Source: an uncultured Coriobacteriia bacterium (lineage in GTDB: Bacteria > Actinomycetota > Coriobacteriia > Coriobacteriales > QAMH01). Taken from it: a DNA stretch of 64,000 nucleotides. Both the position numbers and the translations under genes were made by a program. Positions 25,423 through 35,211 of this stretch are shown here, piece after piece; the first letter of the stretch is position 1; every line of letters begins with the position of its first letter. Location of the stretch: the NCBI GenBank assembly GCA_902475535.1, contig CABRZR010000006.1, positions 22,720 to 86,719 on the forward strand. Direction: 5' to 3'. The notes beneath the pieces are model-generated. The model worked only from the letters and a program-made list of their open reading frames with translations. It did no database searches and was not told the origin of the DNA.

Positions 25423-27711
25423 CTAGCGGAAGCGTTTGAGCAGCAACGAGTTGCAGACAACGCTTACGCTCGACAGCGCCATGGCCGCACCCGCCAACGC
25501 CGGTGCCAGGATACCCACGGCAGCCAGCGGAATCATGATGCAGTTGTAGATGAGGGCCCAGAAGAGGTTCTGGCGTATCTTGCGCATGGTCGCCTTGGAG
25601 AGACGCAGCGCCACGACCAGATCACTCAGACGATTGCGCATGAGCACGACGCTGCCTGCATCCAAGGCCACGTCCGTGCCCGATGCCATGGCGATGCCCA
25701 CGTCTGCCGCGGCAAGCGCAGGTGCGTCGTTGATGCCGTCGCCGACAAATGCGACGATGTTCTTTGCCTCGGCGTCTTGCGCCTTCTTCGAAGCCGCTTC
25801 GAGCATGCGCACGTCTTCGGCAGATTTCACTTCGAGTACGCGATCGGCCTTTTCAAGCGGCTTGACCCCCGCAAAGACATGGGCATCCGCGATGCCGACT
25901 TCGGAGGCAACAAGCCTCGCGGTCTTCTCGTTGTCACCCGTCACCATATACGAAGCGATGTCGAAATCCTTCATGAGGGCATGTACCGTAGAAGCCGCAT
26001 CCGGTTTCGGCTCGTCTTTGAATTGGATGTATCCCATAGGCTCGTCATCGACGCTGACGAGAACGCCCGACCCAACACCTTCTGGCGCAACGCTCGTACC
26101 GACAAAGACGTCATGCCCGTCGACCTTTCCCCTCACGCCCTCGCCGATGACGGCTTTGAAGCCGGTGACTTCGGGAAGGTCGCCAATACCTCGCATGGCG
26201 GCATAGGAGACAATGGCATGGGCAAGCGGATGCTCGCTTTTCGATTCAACCGCAGCCGCCATGACCAGTGCCTCGTCTGCGACATCGCATGCGACAACAG
26301 TGGGCTCACCCCTGGTAATGGTGCCGGTCTTGTCGAAGACCATGGCCGAGAGCTTCACGAGCATCTCGAGCACGGAGCCGTCCTTGATCAGAATGCCAAG
26401 CTGGGCGCCCTTTCCCATACCCACCATGAGGGCAGTCGGCGTGGCAAGGCCCAGCGCGCAGGGACACGCCACGCAGATGACCGCGATGGCCGGCATCAAC
26501 GCTTGCTGCAGGCGATGGGACGCCACGTCGGGCTCTACGAAGAAGAACCAGATGCAGAAGACGCAAAGCGCGATGATCAAGATGGCCGGCACGAAGATCG
26601 ATGCAATCTTGTCCGCAATGCGCTGGATGGGGGCTTTCGAGCCCTGGGCATCCTCGACCGCACGCACAATGCGTGCCAACGTGGAATCCGCGCCCACGCG
26701 AAGGGCGCGTACGGTGACGGATCCCGTGGTGTTCTGCGAGCCTCCCGTAACCGCGTCTCCCTCGCCCTTGACGACGGGAAGGGCCTCTCCCGTGAGCATG
26801 GATTCGTCGACTTCGGTCGATCCTTCGATCACGACGCCATCGACTGGCATCTTCTCGCCGGGAAAGACGATGACGGTATCGCCTGCGGCAACCTGTGCCA
26901 GGGGAATCTCCTCCTCTTTGCCGCTGCGAATGACTCGAGCGGTGGGTGGGGTGAGGTTCATGAGGGCCTCGATCGCCTGGTTGGTGGCTCCCTTCGCCCT
27001 TCCCTCGAGGATCTTTCCCAACAAGACGAACGTAATGAGCATGGCACAGGTCTCGAAGTACGGCATACCATCGTTTATCTCCATGGCAGCACTTCCAGGT
27101 CCCCAGTCGTTAGTGATGGCCGGCAGAAACGTGATGTAGACGGAAAACGCGAACGCGATGGTGGTACCCAGGGCGACCAGCACGTCCATATTGGCGGAGC
27201 CGCCCCTAAGCGACCCCCATGCGCCTTTGTAGAATCGTGCGCCACAGCAGAACTGCACGGGAATCGTGAGCACCATGAGCAAGAGATTGCAGGCAAACAT
27301 CGATTGGGCATGTGTAGGATCTGCAACGAAGATTCCCGCAAGTGCGTCTCCCACGCCCATGTGCCACCCGGGAAGCATTCCGATGCAAAAGACGACGACG
27401 GTAAAGACGCATGCCGTCACGAAGACCCTCGTGTCCCGTTTCGCACGCGCCATCTCTTTCGCACGGCGCTTCTCGTCCACGAGAGGGGCATCTTCGGGGA
27501 TGATCTCGGCAGTGAACGAGAGGTTGTCGAACACGGCAAGCATGTCGTCTACGCTTGCTTGCGAGGGATCGAACGTGACCTTGCCCGTGTTGTTTGCCAA
27601 ATTGACCGCGACATCAACCACCCCGGGAGTCGCACGATAGTGCTTTTCGATGTTGGCCGCGCAGTTCGCGCAATGCATTCCATCGATAGCCAGGCGTACG
27701 GTGCTTTGCAT
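25423..27711 (-). CDS. copA: Copper-translocating P1B-type ATPase
   Basis: 762-aa ORF. N-terminal HMA domain with GMHCANC, TM CPC motif [11 protein letters not shown], phosphorylation site DKTGTIT, hinge GDGINDAP. Confidence 0.9.
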   Translation of the reverse strand: MQSTVRLAIDGMHCANCAANIEKHYRATPGVVDVAVNLANNTGKVTFDPSQASVDDMLAVFDNLSFTAEIIPEDAPLVDEKRRAKEMARAKRDTRVFVTACVFTVVVFCIGMLPGWHMGVGDALAGIFVADPTHAQSMFACNLLLMVLTIPVQFCCGARFYKGAWGSLRGGSANMDVLVALGTTIAFAFSVYITFLPAITNDWGPGSAAMEINDGMPYFETCAMLITFVLLGKILEGRAKGATNQAIEALMNLTPPTARVIRSGKEEEIPLAQVAAGDTVIVFPGEKMPVDGVVIEGSTEVDESMLTGEALPVVKGEGDAVTGGSQNTTGSVTVRALRVGADSTLARIVRAVEDAQGSKAPIQRIADKIASIFVPAILIIALCVFCIWFFFVEPDVASHRLQQALMPAIAVICVACPCALGLATPTALMVGMGKGAQLGILIKDGSVLEMLVKLSAMVFDKTGTITRGEPTVVACDVADEALVMAAAVESKSEHPLAHAIVSYAAMRGIGDLPEVTGFKAVIGEGVRGKVDGHDVFVGTSVAPEGVGSGVLVSVDDEPMGYIQFKDEPKPDAASTVHALMKDFDIASYMVTGDNEKTARLVASEVGIADAHVFAGVKPLEKADRVLEVKSAEDVRMLEAASKKAQDAEAKNIVAFVGDGINDAPALAAADVGIAMASGTDVALDAGSVVLMRNRLSDLVVALRLSKATMRKIRQNLFWALIYNCIMIPLAAVGILAPALAGAAMALSSVSVVCNSLLLKRFR

Positions 27712-27834
27712 GAACGCCCCCTTTCGCGTCTTTTCTCTATAATCCTGAGCTTAGCATAAAGAATTCGACACATGAAAGAAAACAGGGTGGCTCCCCCATG
27801 GGGAACCACCCTGGAATTGTCGCAGATGCCTGCC

Positions 27835-28449
27835 TTACAGGCTCTTCTTGAAGTCCTCGAACTTCTGCTTGATCTCGGCACGCTTCTTCTCGATGGCTTC
27901 ATGACGATCGGCCTTGCGCTGGGCGCGAATCTTCTCGCGGGCCTGCTTGGCCAAGTCCTCCTGGATTTGCTCGGCCTGATCGACCTCATCGGCGATCTCT
28001 GCGGCATCCCAGTGCATGACCGCGCAGTCCATGCCCTCGAACTGCATGTCGAAATCCGCGGAATCGTCCTCTTGCACGAGCGCGATGAGGGCCGTCTGCC
28101 CCGGAAGCAGCGAACGACTGCTGTAGGCGAGCAGCGAGGTGTTGTCCGCAGCATCGCTCTCGTCGACGAGGCTTCCCGCGAGCAAGCCCACGCCACCGCC
28201 GAGCAGGATGCCGATGGGGCCTCCGAGTATGCCCACGGCTGCTCCGAGCAAGCCGCCCATCCACGTGTCGTCCGTCGTGTCCTGGCCCGAATCGAACCCG
28301 TCCTTGGGAACGACGTTTCCATCGACGTTCTTCACGATAACCATCTGGAGAATCGTGTAGGACGATGTGACCGGCTTGTTCTTGAGGTGGGAAAACGCCT
28401 CGTATGCCTGGCTCTCGACCGGGAAAGTTACCATCGTTACGTATTCCAT
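27835..28449 (-). CDS. Hypothetical protein with central glycine-zipper segment and C-terminal charged coiled-coil
   Basis: 204-aa ORF. Contains WMGGLLGAAVGILGGPIGILLGGGVGLLAGSL and a C-terminal EQIQEDLAKQAREKIRAQRKADRHEAIEKKRAEIKQKFEDFKK. It may be DUF1269-like, but that is from memory. Confidence 0.6.
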   Translation of the reverse strand: MEYVTMVTFPVESQAYEAFSHLKNKPVTSSYTILQMVIVKNVDGNVVPKDGFDSGQDTTDDTWMGGLLGAAVGILGGPIGILLGGGVGLLAGSLVDESDAADNTSLLAYSSRSLLPGQTALIALVQEDDSADFDMQFEGMDCAVMHWDAAEIADEVDQAEQIQEDLAKQAREKIRAQRKADRHEAIEKKRAEIKQKFEDFKKSL

Positions 28450-28574
28450 GGCATAGCTCCTATTCTTTGCTGCACAAATTGCATGTTACTAGTATACACC
28501 GTTAAACAATTAATACATGCCGTTTACCGAAAACTAGTTGTATCAATAAGATACTAAGTAAACCAAACAATCGA

Positions 28575-28603
28575 TTGAACCTGACTTTAGGTCAAGCTAT
28601 CAT
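28575..28603 (+). promoter_or_regulatory. Sigma-70-like promoter with embedded imperfect dyad upstream of the MerR gene
   Basis: -35 element TTGAAC (28575-28580), a 17-nt spacer, and -10 element TATCAT (28598-28603). The spacer contains TTGAACCT...AGGTCAA, an imperfect inverted repeat that may be the MerR operator. Confidence 0.4.
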
Positions 28604-28628
28604 CACGCAAGGCGAAAGGAGAGCCTTC

Positions 28629-29099
28629 ATGCAGTATTCCATCGGCGAGATAGCGGAGATGACGGGACTCTCGCCTTCGACGCTTCGCTTCTACGATAAG
28701 GAAGGCCTGCTTCCCGGCCTCGAACGCCAAGGTGGTAAGCGGGTCTTTGGCGAGGGTCACATCGAGACTCTACGCATCATCGAATGCCTGAAGCGCTCCG
28801 GCCTGGAAATACGAGACATCCGAAAGTTCATGGAGCTCACTACCAAGGGCAGCGCAAGCTATGCACAGCGTCGGGAGCTGATGGAGGAAAGGCGCCAGAA
28901 GACCCTCGAGCAGATCGAGGAGCTGCAAAAGACGCTTGCCGTGCTCGAGTACAAATGCTGGTATTACGATGAGGCTCTCTCGCGGGGCAACGAGGATTTT
29001 GCCCAAGGTGCTCCCGACAGCCTTCCCCAAGAGGCTCGCGAACTCTACGAGCGTGCGTTTCTCCAAAGTGCGGACCATCTGGAAAGGGAATCGGAATGA
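28629..29099 (+). CDS. MerR-family transcriptional regulator
   Basis: The ORF was trimmed to ATG 28629, after AAAGGAGAG. The N-terminal HTH is YSIGEIAEMTGLSPSTLRFYDKEGLLP, followed by a coiled-coil dimerisation helix. There is no C-terminal Cys pair of the CueR type. Confidence 0.85.
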   Translation: MQYSIGEIAEMTGLSPSTLRFYDKEGLLPGLERQGGKRVFGEGHIETLRIIECLKRSGLEIRDIRKFMELTTKGSASYAQRRELMEERRQKTLEQIEELQKTLAVLEYKCWYYDEALSRGNEDFAQGAPDSLPQEARELYERAFLQSADHLERESE

Positions 29100-29791
29100 T
29101 CGGAACCATCGCGAACACTGCGGCCATTGTCCTGGGAAGCTCGATTGGGGCCGTAGCCAAGCGCGGCCTCGGCGAGAAGTACCAGGACGTGCTTTTCCTC
29201 GCCATGGGTCTTGCTGCCGTGGGCATTGGCGTCAATTCCATCGTCAAGGGCATGGGGCAGAGCGTCTATCCGGTTCTCTTCATCGCAAGCCTCGCCATTG
29301 GCGGCGTCATCGGCACGGCGCTTGACATCAACGGCCGCTTCGACCGCTTCGTCGACAAGCGTTCCAAGTCGGAGTCAAACCTCTCCCAAGGGCTCTCCAC
29401 GGCAATCATGATCTTCTGCTTCGGGGCGCTCTCCATCATCGGCCCCATCAACAGCGCCCTCTACGGTGACGAGACCTTCCTGCTCACGAACGCCACCCTA
29501 GACCTCGTGACCTCGATGGTGCTCGCCTCGTCCTTCGGCATCGGCATCGCACTCGCGGCCATCGTGCTCTTCTGCTGGCAAGGCGCGATATTCCTACTCG
29601 CCGCCCAACTCCAGCCCTTCCTCACGGCAGATCTCATGGCAGAGATCACCATCGTGGGCGGCTTTCTCATCCTGGCATCGGGCCTTGGCATACTCAAGGT
29701 CAAGGAAATACCCGTGATGAACCTGCTGCCAGCATTGCTCGTCCCGCCCCTATGGTTCCTCGCCATCCAGTTGCTGGCGCCCTTCCTGTAG
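29096..29791 (+). CDS. DUF554-family membrane protein (YdfK-like)
   Basis: 231-aa ORF whose start overlaps the merR-like stop by 4 nt (ATGA). The N-terminus MIGTIANTAAIVLGSSIGAVAKRGL is typical of DUF554. Confidence 0.7.
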   Translation: MIGTIANTAAIVLGSSIGAVAKRGLGEKYQDVLFLAMGLAAVGIGVNSIVKGMGQSVYPVLFIASLAIGGVIGTALDINGRFDRFVDKRSKSESNLSQGLSTAIMIFCFGALSIIGPINSALYGDETFLLTNATLDLVTSMVLASSFGIGIALAAIVLFCWQGAIFLLAAQLQPFLTADLMAEITIVGGFLILASGLGILKVKEIPVMNLLPALLVPPLWFLAIQLLAPFL

Positions 29792-29809
29792 ACCACCAGC
29801 GTCCTTGCC

Positions 29810-30499
29810 TCATTTCACGACGGTAAAGTCAACGAGAAACGGATTGACGCTGTTCATGAATTCCTTGCGATGGGCCACGGTTGCCTGACCTTCGGGAATA
29901 GTTTTGAAAGCATTGGCAACTTCGGATGCCTCGCTGAAAAACAGCTCGAGTATCCCATCAAACGGGAGCCTGTCATGAGTAACATGACGACCATTTATCA
30001 TACGGTCGATAATGAGATGCTGGTTATACCCGTAGAAAATGTCAGTAGGCATCTTCGCCATGCATCCCGAATGAACGACAAACCATTCGCGAGTGAAGTC
30101 CTCAAATGACACATCCGGCACCGTGCGGCCCAGCAACGTCATCTTCTTCTGGCATCCATCCTCAACGCGCAGGGGAATGGACACGTTTTCAAGGCAGACG
30201 TAGGTCTCTTCGTACATCACCGCGTTTACGCGCTCACACAAAACCGCTGCATATGCATTGGATCTTCTAGCCTCCTCGTATGCGTCGAGATCGACATAGC
30301 GCTCGATGGTAAACGCATCGGCAAGAATCGCTTCAGAAGAGGCGTCACCGCGTTCCTTGGCAGTGACCCGATCGAACTCGAAGGATTCGAGCTCGGGGAT
30401 TTGAAGACACAGGGGTGCATAGACATCGTGCAGAAATGCGTCAAATTCGCTGTCTGAGATAGTCGGATCTTTGCGTAAGAGGTTAATGCAGGAAATCAT
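29810..30499 (-). CDS. Tandem EthD-domain protein (paralog 1 of 3)
   Basis: The ORF was trimmed to the ATG at 30497-30499, giving 229 aa starting MISCINLLRKDPTISDSEFDAFLHDVY. It shares the MIS.(I/M).LL(K/R) start, the Y(N/A)Q(N/H)L(V/I)IDR motif and the LP(V/F)(E/D)G..E(F/L)(W/F)F motif with the proteins at 32862-33563 and 41948-42643. Confidence 0.6.
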   Translation of the reverse strand: MISCINLLRKDPTISDSEFDAFLHDVYAPLCLQIPELESFEFDRVTAKERGDASSEAILADAFTIERYVDLDAYEEARRSNAYAAVLCERVNAVMYEETYVCLENVSIPLRVEDGCQKKMTLLGRTVPDVSFEDFTREWFVVHSGCMAKMPTDIFYGYNQHLIIDRMINGRHVTHDRLPFDGILELFFSEASEVANAFKTIPEGQATVAHRKEFMNSVNPFLVDFTVVK

Positions 30500-30626
30500 A
30501 GCACCTGCCCTTTCTACTCCAAAAACGGTTTTGGGATTAGCGGAAGGCGCGCAGATATGGCGCGCCCTCCACAGGAAAAGGAATGTGGTTCGCCAGCGTG
30601 GCACGAGGGCGACCCACGACAAACAC

Positions 30627-31118
30627 CTACATCATGAAGACCTTATAGGCATTGGCCGTATCCTCGTAGCGCTTCTTTATCTCGGCTTTACCACGTAGGT
30701 ACGTCAGTGACATCTCGGTAAAGTACCAGCGGCCATCGATTTTCACGTAGGCGTTGTCATAGTGGGCACGTCCGACAAACTCGCCGCCGTTCTCCGCATC
30801 GTAGAGATCGTCCTCAAGTGACCAGTGTGATGTTGCCGTATCTGGCCCCGTGATGTCGATCCAATGATGATGCCCCTGATGACTCGAGGTCACGTTGTCG
30901 CCGAACTTACCCTTCATGGTCTCGAGCATGCCATCGCGTCCTTCGTAACGGCCACCTGTCGTATTGTTGATGAAGACGAAGTCCTCGACAAGGCATGCAG
31001 CAAGTCCATCCCAGTCCTTGGCGTCGAGCGTGTCCCAATACGTCGCTTGAAGTCGCTCGATCGCACGCATGTCCTCGAGAGCCTGGATGCGTTTTTCAAG
31101 ATCCTCCATGGTGCTCAT
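30627..31118 (-). CDS. SnoaL_4 / NTF2-fold protein (BaiE-like dehydratase/isomerase fold)
   Basis: 163-aa ORF beginning with an N-terminal helix (LEKRIQALEDMRAIERLQATYWDTLDAKDWDGL). It has Tyr27-x4-Asp32, a His cluster at 80-85 (SSHQGHHHW), and WSLEDDL...YDNAYVKIDGRWYF, characteristic of the SnoaL_4 family. Confidence 0.7.
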   Translation of the reverse strand: MSTMEDLEKRIQALEDMRAIERLQATYWDTLDAKDWDGLAACLVEDFVFINNTTGGRYEGRDGMLETMKGKFGDNVTSSHQGHHHWIDITGPDTATSHWSLEDDLYDAENGGEFVGRAHYDNAYVKIDGRWYFTEMSLTYLRGKAEIKKRYEDTANAYKVFMM

Positions 31119-31130
31119 GGCAATCGCTCC

Positions 31131-31880
31131 TTACAAGAGGCTGAATCCGCCCTCTTCGTAGATGGTCTCGCCAGTGATGAACGAGGCATCATCCGAGGCG
31201 AGGAAGAGGGCGACGCTTACCATCTCCTCGATCTCGCCATAGCGACCAAACGGCATCTTTGCCAGGAAGGCGGCGTTGCGCTCCGGGTCGAACCTCGTGC
31301 CTTCCGTGATGCGAGTCTTCGAGGTGCCCGGGGCAACGGCGTTGACGTGAATGTCGTATTTGGCGAGCTCAAGCGCCATAACCTGCGTGAGCATGCTCAC
31401 GGCTGCCTTGGAAGGGCCGTAGGGCGTGATGCCGCCGATGGTCTTGCGTGCGCTATTGGAGCTCGTGTTGACGATATATCCCTTGATGCCCTTATCGACC
31501 ATCGTACGCGCAACGGCCTGGCCCACGTAAAACACGCCGTTCAGATTCGTGTCCATGACGTCGAGCCAGCCTTCCTGACTGCACTCGAGGAAAGGCTGAC
31601 GATGGGTGATGCCCGCATTGTTCATGAGGACGTCGATATGACCAAACTCCTCGATGACCTTGGCGACGCTCTCCTGCACCTGCCCATAGTCGCGAACATC
31701 ACAGTGCATGCAATACACGCGCTCGTTATCGGCGTAGACCTCTTCCATGGTATCGTCTTCGATATCGAAGACGATGACCTGTGCGCCTTCCCTCACGAGC
31801 TGCTCGGTCATGCCACGACCCAGACCATTGGCACCGCCGGTCACCAGCGCGATTTTGTCGATGAACCTTTGCTTTTCCAT
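31131..31880 (-). CDS. Short-chain dehydrogenase/reductase (classical SDR, 249 aa)
   Basis: Motifs ALVTGGANGLG, NNAG and catalytic YGPSKAA. It lies 12 nt upstream of the SnoaL_4 gene. Confidence 0.88.
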   Translation of the reverse strand: MEKQRFIDKIALVTGGANGLGRGMTEQLVREGAQVIVFDIEDDTMEEVYADNERVYCMHCDVRDYGQVQESVAKVIEEFGHIDVLMNNAGITHRQPFLECSQEGWLDVMDTNLNGVFYVGQAVARTMVDKGIKGYIVNTSSNSARKTIGGITPYGPSKAAVSMLTQVMALELAKYDIHVNAVAPGTSKTRITEGTRFDPERNAAFLAKMPFGRYGEIEEMVSVALFLASDDASFITGETIYEEGGFSLL

Positions 31881-31898
31881 GGATGCTTCCTTTCGGTC

Positions 31899-32795
31899 CT
31901 ATTGCTTGTCAGCCGTCGCCAGGTGTAGATAGGTTGTGGCACCGCCATCGGCCGCGATGGATTCGCCGTTGATGAAGCTCGCGTCATCGGAAGCGAGAAA
32001 CAGCGCGACCGAAGCGATCTCTTCGGGAAGCGCGTAGCGCTTCATCGACGATGCCTCGCTGAGACCCTTGCGGTTCTGTCCCCTGGGCAGCGTCATGTCC
32101 GTAAGGATGAGCCCGGGGTTCACCGCATTGACACGCACCCCGTAGGCCCCCAGGTCGGTAGCTGCGGCACGGGTTGCGCCCAAAGCCGCGGCCTTGGCCA
32201 TCGCGTAGCCGATAAGATTGCCAGGACCAAAGTGATTGCCCTGGTAGGAGCAGGTATTGACGATAGCACCACCACCTGAGTCGATGATGGCCTGGGCACA
32301 GTAGTGCATGCCGTTGTAGACACCCCAGCAATCGACGTCCATCATGCGCTCGAGATCCTGGCGGGATGCCGTGAGAACCGACCCGTTCACGCAAATGCCG
32401 GCATTGTTCACGAGCACGTCGAGATGTCCTTGCTCGTCGAGTATCTTCTCGACGAGCTTCTGCCAGGCGACCTCGTCGACGACGTCCATGGGAAAGACCA
32501 CGGCCTCTCCCCCGTCATCCCTGATCTGCGCTTCCACACGCCTGAGCCCGTCTTCCTTGACGTCGGTCATGTAAACCGTCGCGCCTTGCTGAGCGAACAT
32601 CTTGGCTTCCATCTCGCCTTGGCCGCCAGCGGCACCAGTCACGATGACCACCTGGCCCTCGAACTTCCCGGAGCCCTTCTCGACCCGAGGCCAGCGCTTC
32701 GCCTGCTCCTCGCCATAGACCTTCTCCTCGAACTCCGCCTGACCAGGCCCCGAGAGGATGACGTCATCGAAAAATTCCGCGCGCTTTGACTTCAT
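31899..32795 (-). CDS. SDR with an approximately 50-aa N-terminal extension
   Basis: The ORF was trimmed to the ATG at 32793-32795, preceded by GGAGAG. Motifs VIVTGAAGGQG, NNAG and catalytic YAMAKAA. Confidence 0.85.
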   Translation of the reverse strand: MKSKRAEFFDDVILSGPGQAEFEEKVYGEEQAKRWPRVEKGSGKFEGQVVIVTGAAGGQGEMEAKMFAQQGATVYMTDVKEDGLRRVEAQIRDDGGEAVVFPMDVVDEVAWQKLVEKILDEQGHLDVLVNNAGICVNGSVLTASRQDLERMMDVDCWGVYNGMHYCAQAIIDSGGGAIVNTCSYQGNHFGPGNLIGYAMAKAAALGATRAAATDLGAYGVRVNAVNPGLILTDMTLPRGQNRKGLSEASSMKRYALPEEIASVALFLASDDASFINGESIAADGGATTYLHLATADKQ

Positions 32796-32810
32796 GGTTC
32801 TCTCCATTCA

Positions 32811-32852
32811 GGAAAAAGCGGCCGCATCGAATTCCATATCCGATGCGGCCGC
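32811..32852 (-). terminator. Strong intrinsic terminator between the EthD gene and the SDR genes
   Basis: Perfect 12-bp stem GCGGCCGCATCG / CGATGCGGCCGC with an 11-nt loop. On the minus strand it is followed by TTTTT. It lies 10 nt after the EthD stop and its T-tract ends 15 nt before the SDR start. Confidence 0.75.
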
Positions 32853-32861
32853 ATGAATCGA

Positions 32862-33563
32862 CTAGTCTTCCAGTTCGACGGGAACCGCTTCGACAAAGTA
32901 GGTCGTCACCGTTCCGATGAACTCGGCGGCATGGACGCTTGCGCGCTTCTTGAAGCCCACGCTGCCATAGCATTCGTCGAAGGCTTCCATGTCCTCGAAC
33001 CAGAACTCGACCATACCCTCGACCGGGAGATCCTTATAGTGGACCTCTTCGTCACCGATGCAGCGGTCGATCACCAGGTTCTGGTTGTAGCCGCAGCATC
33101 CTCCCATCAGTTCCACCAGTATGGAGTGGACGTACCACCACTCGAAGTGGAAGGTCATGGCATCGACGCCCTCGGCGCGGTCGCAGAACGAGACGCGCTT
33201 GATGATGTCGCGACCCTTGAGGTACTCGGGGACGAGCTTGTCGAATTTCCTGACCGTGACAAGCGCGGAGATTGGCTTTTCCACGATGGGTTCGAGCACG
33301 TCGCGAAGGGCATCGCCGGCCTGGGTCATGCACTTTGCCATGTCCCCGTAGCTGTCGAAGATCATCTCTATGAAACCGTCGATGTCAATCGCCCCGCGAC
33401 ACAGATGCGAACGCTGCTGCTTATCGGTCACGAAGTTGATCTCGCACTTGCGCAGCAGGGGCATCTTGGCGATTACGTCACGCGCCTCCCCCATCATCAC
33501 CGCGCGGAATTCCTCTTCGGAAATTCCCTCCTTGCACTTGAGTAGATTAATTCTGGAAATCAT
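32862..33563 (-). CDS. Tandem EthD-domain protein (paralog 2 of 3)
   Basis: 233-aa ORF starting MISRINLLKCKEGISEEEFRAVMMGE. Its second half (IIKRVSFCDRAEGVDAMTFHFEWWYVHS...YNQNLVIDR...LPVEGMVEFWFEDMEAFDECY) repeats the EthD pattern. Confidence 0.65.
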   Translation of the reverse strand: MISRINLLKCKEGISEEEFRAVMMGEARDVIAKMPLLRKCEINFVTDKQQRSHLCRGAIDIDGFIEMIFDSYGDMAKCMTQAGDALRDVLEPIVEKPISALVTVRKFDKLVPEYLKGRDIIKRVSFCDRAEGVDAMTFHFEWWYVHSILVELMGGCCGYNQNLVIDRCIGDEEVHYKDLPVEGMVEFWFEDMEAFDECYGSVGFKKRASVHAAEFIGTVTTYFVEAVPVELED

Positions 33564-33588
33564 GACTACTCCCCTTCTTCAAGGTTGT

Positions 33589-34851
33589 TTAGTTCTCGGC
33601 ATTCTTGGCTTCCATCATGGCAGCATCGCGAGCCTTCATCTTGTTGTAGATCGGCAGACCGATTGCAAGCAGGATGATTGCGATGATGCAAAGGACGCCC
33701 AGGATGGGAAACGCCGTGCTATAGCTGCCCGTTGCGGCGAGCGTGTTGGCGGAGAGCATGGGGCCGATGACGGCCGCAAGCGCATAGCCCCAGTACATGA
33801 AGCCATAGTTCTGGCCCATGTTGGCCGGGCCAAAGGCATCGCCAGTAAGCGAAGGCATGATGGCCATGATGCCGCCAAAGCACATGCCCAGCACGATCGA
33901 CTCGATGATGAAGGGCATCGTGGAATCGGTGTTTCCATAGAGGAACAGGTGAATCACCGCGGTGATGCCGATAACGATGAACAGCGTCTGGAATCGTCCG
34001 ATCTTGTCGGAGAGAGTGCCAAAGCCAAAGCGTCCGGCGGCATTGGCAACGGCGAAGATGCTGACCATCATGGCGCCCGTCGCGGCATCCATGCCCGCTT
34101 GCGTCTGGCCGACGAGGGATGCGGTACCGAGCATGAACACGCCCGTGCATGCGGTGAGCGCGAATACGATGACCATGATCCAGAAGAGCGGGGTCTTCAT
34201 CATCTCGGGCGTAGTGTAGCTCCTGCGGTTCTTGGCCTCCTCGTCAACGGGAGGATTCCAACCCTCGGGCTGGTAGTCTGCAGGCGGCAGAACGTAGCAA
34301 AGCCACGAGAAGATGAGGAACATGACGATGCTGAACGCGCCCACGACCATGAACGAGGGCATGGGACCGATTGCCTGCACGATCATGTTTCCGACCGGGG
34401 CAGTCCACAGCGGCCACAAGGCCATCGTGGCGAGCGAGATACCGTTGACGAGGCCCTTCTTGTCCGGGAACCAGCGCGTGGTCAAGGCCAGCGACGTGTT
34501 GTAGATAATGCCATCGGCAAAGCCGACGATGATGCCGAAGGTGATGAGCAGCATGATGGGATTCGTTGAAAAGCCCGTGAGAATCCAGCCGATGCCAAAG
34601 ACGATACCGCTGACGAGCATGATCTTGTGAGCCGCGAACTTGCGCTGGAACCAGCCGCCAACGGGGCCACCCGCAAAGCCAATGACAACGATGGCGAGCG
34701 TGTAGGCGAGTGCCACGATCTGCGGCGACCAGCCAAACTCGGCCATCATGGGTTTCTGAAAAATGCTGTAGCAATTCAATGATGCGGTGATCGCTCCGCA
34801 CATTGCCGCGCCGACGAGAACTACCCAGCGCGATTTAGGCTTCATTGCCAT
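33589..34851 (-). CDS. MFS transporter, oxalate/formate-antiporter (OFA)-like subfamily
   Basis: The ORF was trimmed to the ATG at 34849-34851, 4 nt after GGAGGA, giving 420 aa. It has 12 predicted TMs and a TTRWFPDKKGL motif shared with the partial MFS at the window end. Confidence 0.8.
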   Translation of the reverse strand: MAMKPKSRWVVLVGAAMCGAITASLNCYSIFQKPMMAEFGWSPQIVALAYTLAIVVIGFAGGPVGGWFQRKFAAHKIMLVSGIVFGIGWILTGFSTNPIMLLITFGIIVGFADGIIYNTSLALTTRWFPDKKGLVNGISLATMALWPLWTAPVGNMIVQAIGPMPSFMVVGAFSIVMFLIFSWLCYVLPPADYQPEGWNPPVDEEAKNRRSYTTPEMMKTPLFWIMVIVFALTACTGVFMLGTASLVGQTQAGMDAATGAMMVSIFAVANAAGRFGFGTLSDKIGRFQTLFIVIGITAVIHLFLYGNTDSTMPFIIESIVLGMCFGGIMAIMPSLTGDAFGPANMGQNYGFMYWGYALAAVIGPMLSANTLAATGSYSTAFPILGVLCIIAIILLAIGLPIYNKMKARDAAMMEAKNAEN

Positions 34852-35152
34852 GTGTTCCTCCAATATAGCTTCCGAAAGATTACGTGCATGCGAAAGGCAT
34901 CGCCTTTCCCCCAAACCGAGACCCCTCCTCCTTTCGTTTCGACGTGCAAACCGTTCTATACGCACATGATTCCGATGCTGCGATACGTGCTGATGTGCCG
35001 GAGTCAATTGATGCCGAAACTGGACTAGATCCTCACCGCTGCGTTGCGGTTCATGCCAAGAAGCCAGAGAAAACAATGAGGAAGATGACCCCACTTGCCT
35101 TGAAGGTATCCCTCCTCACGAGATGTATGCTATGAGGGTTTCAAGATGACCT

Positions 35153-35174
35153 CAATAACGCACTTAAAAGTAAG
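35153..35174 (-). promoter_or_regulatory. Cluster motif copy S1 (CAATAACGCACTTAAAAGTAAG on the plus strand)
   Basis: It matches S3 at 22 of 23 positions including the following A. It sits in the 360-bp non-coding region upstream of the OFA-MFS gene. In gene orientation it reads CTTACTTTTAAGTGCGTTATTG. Confidence 0.55.
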
Positions 35175-35211
35175 AAGCTGCCGTATACGTAAGTACGACA
35201 GCCAAATTTGG

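Noticed and set aside
25777-27759. 660-aa ORF on the plus strand
   Set aside because: It is entirely antisense to the CopA gene, whose product shows every P-type ATPase motif. Its translation is Arg/His/Asp/Gly-rich low-complexity sequence with no motifs, a typical shadow ORF in GC-rich DNA.
28629-29099. MerR regulator as the copper sensor (CueR) for the nearby CopA
   Set aside because: It is separated from copA by another gene, and it lacks the C-terminal Cys-x7-Cys metal-binding loop. It is translationally coupled to a DUF554 gene instead.
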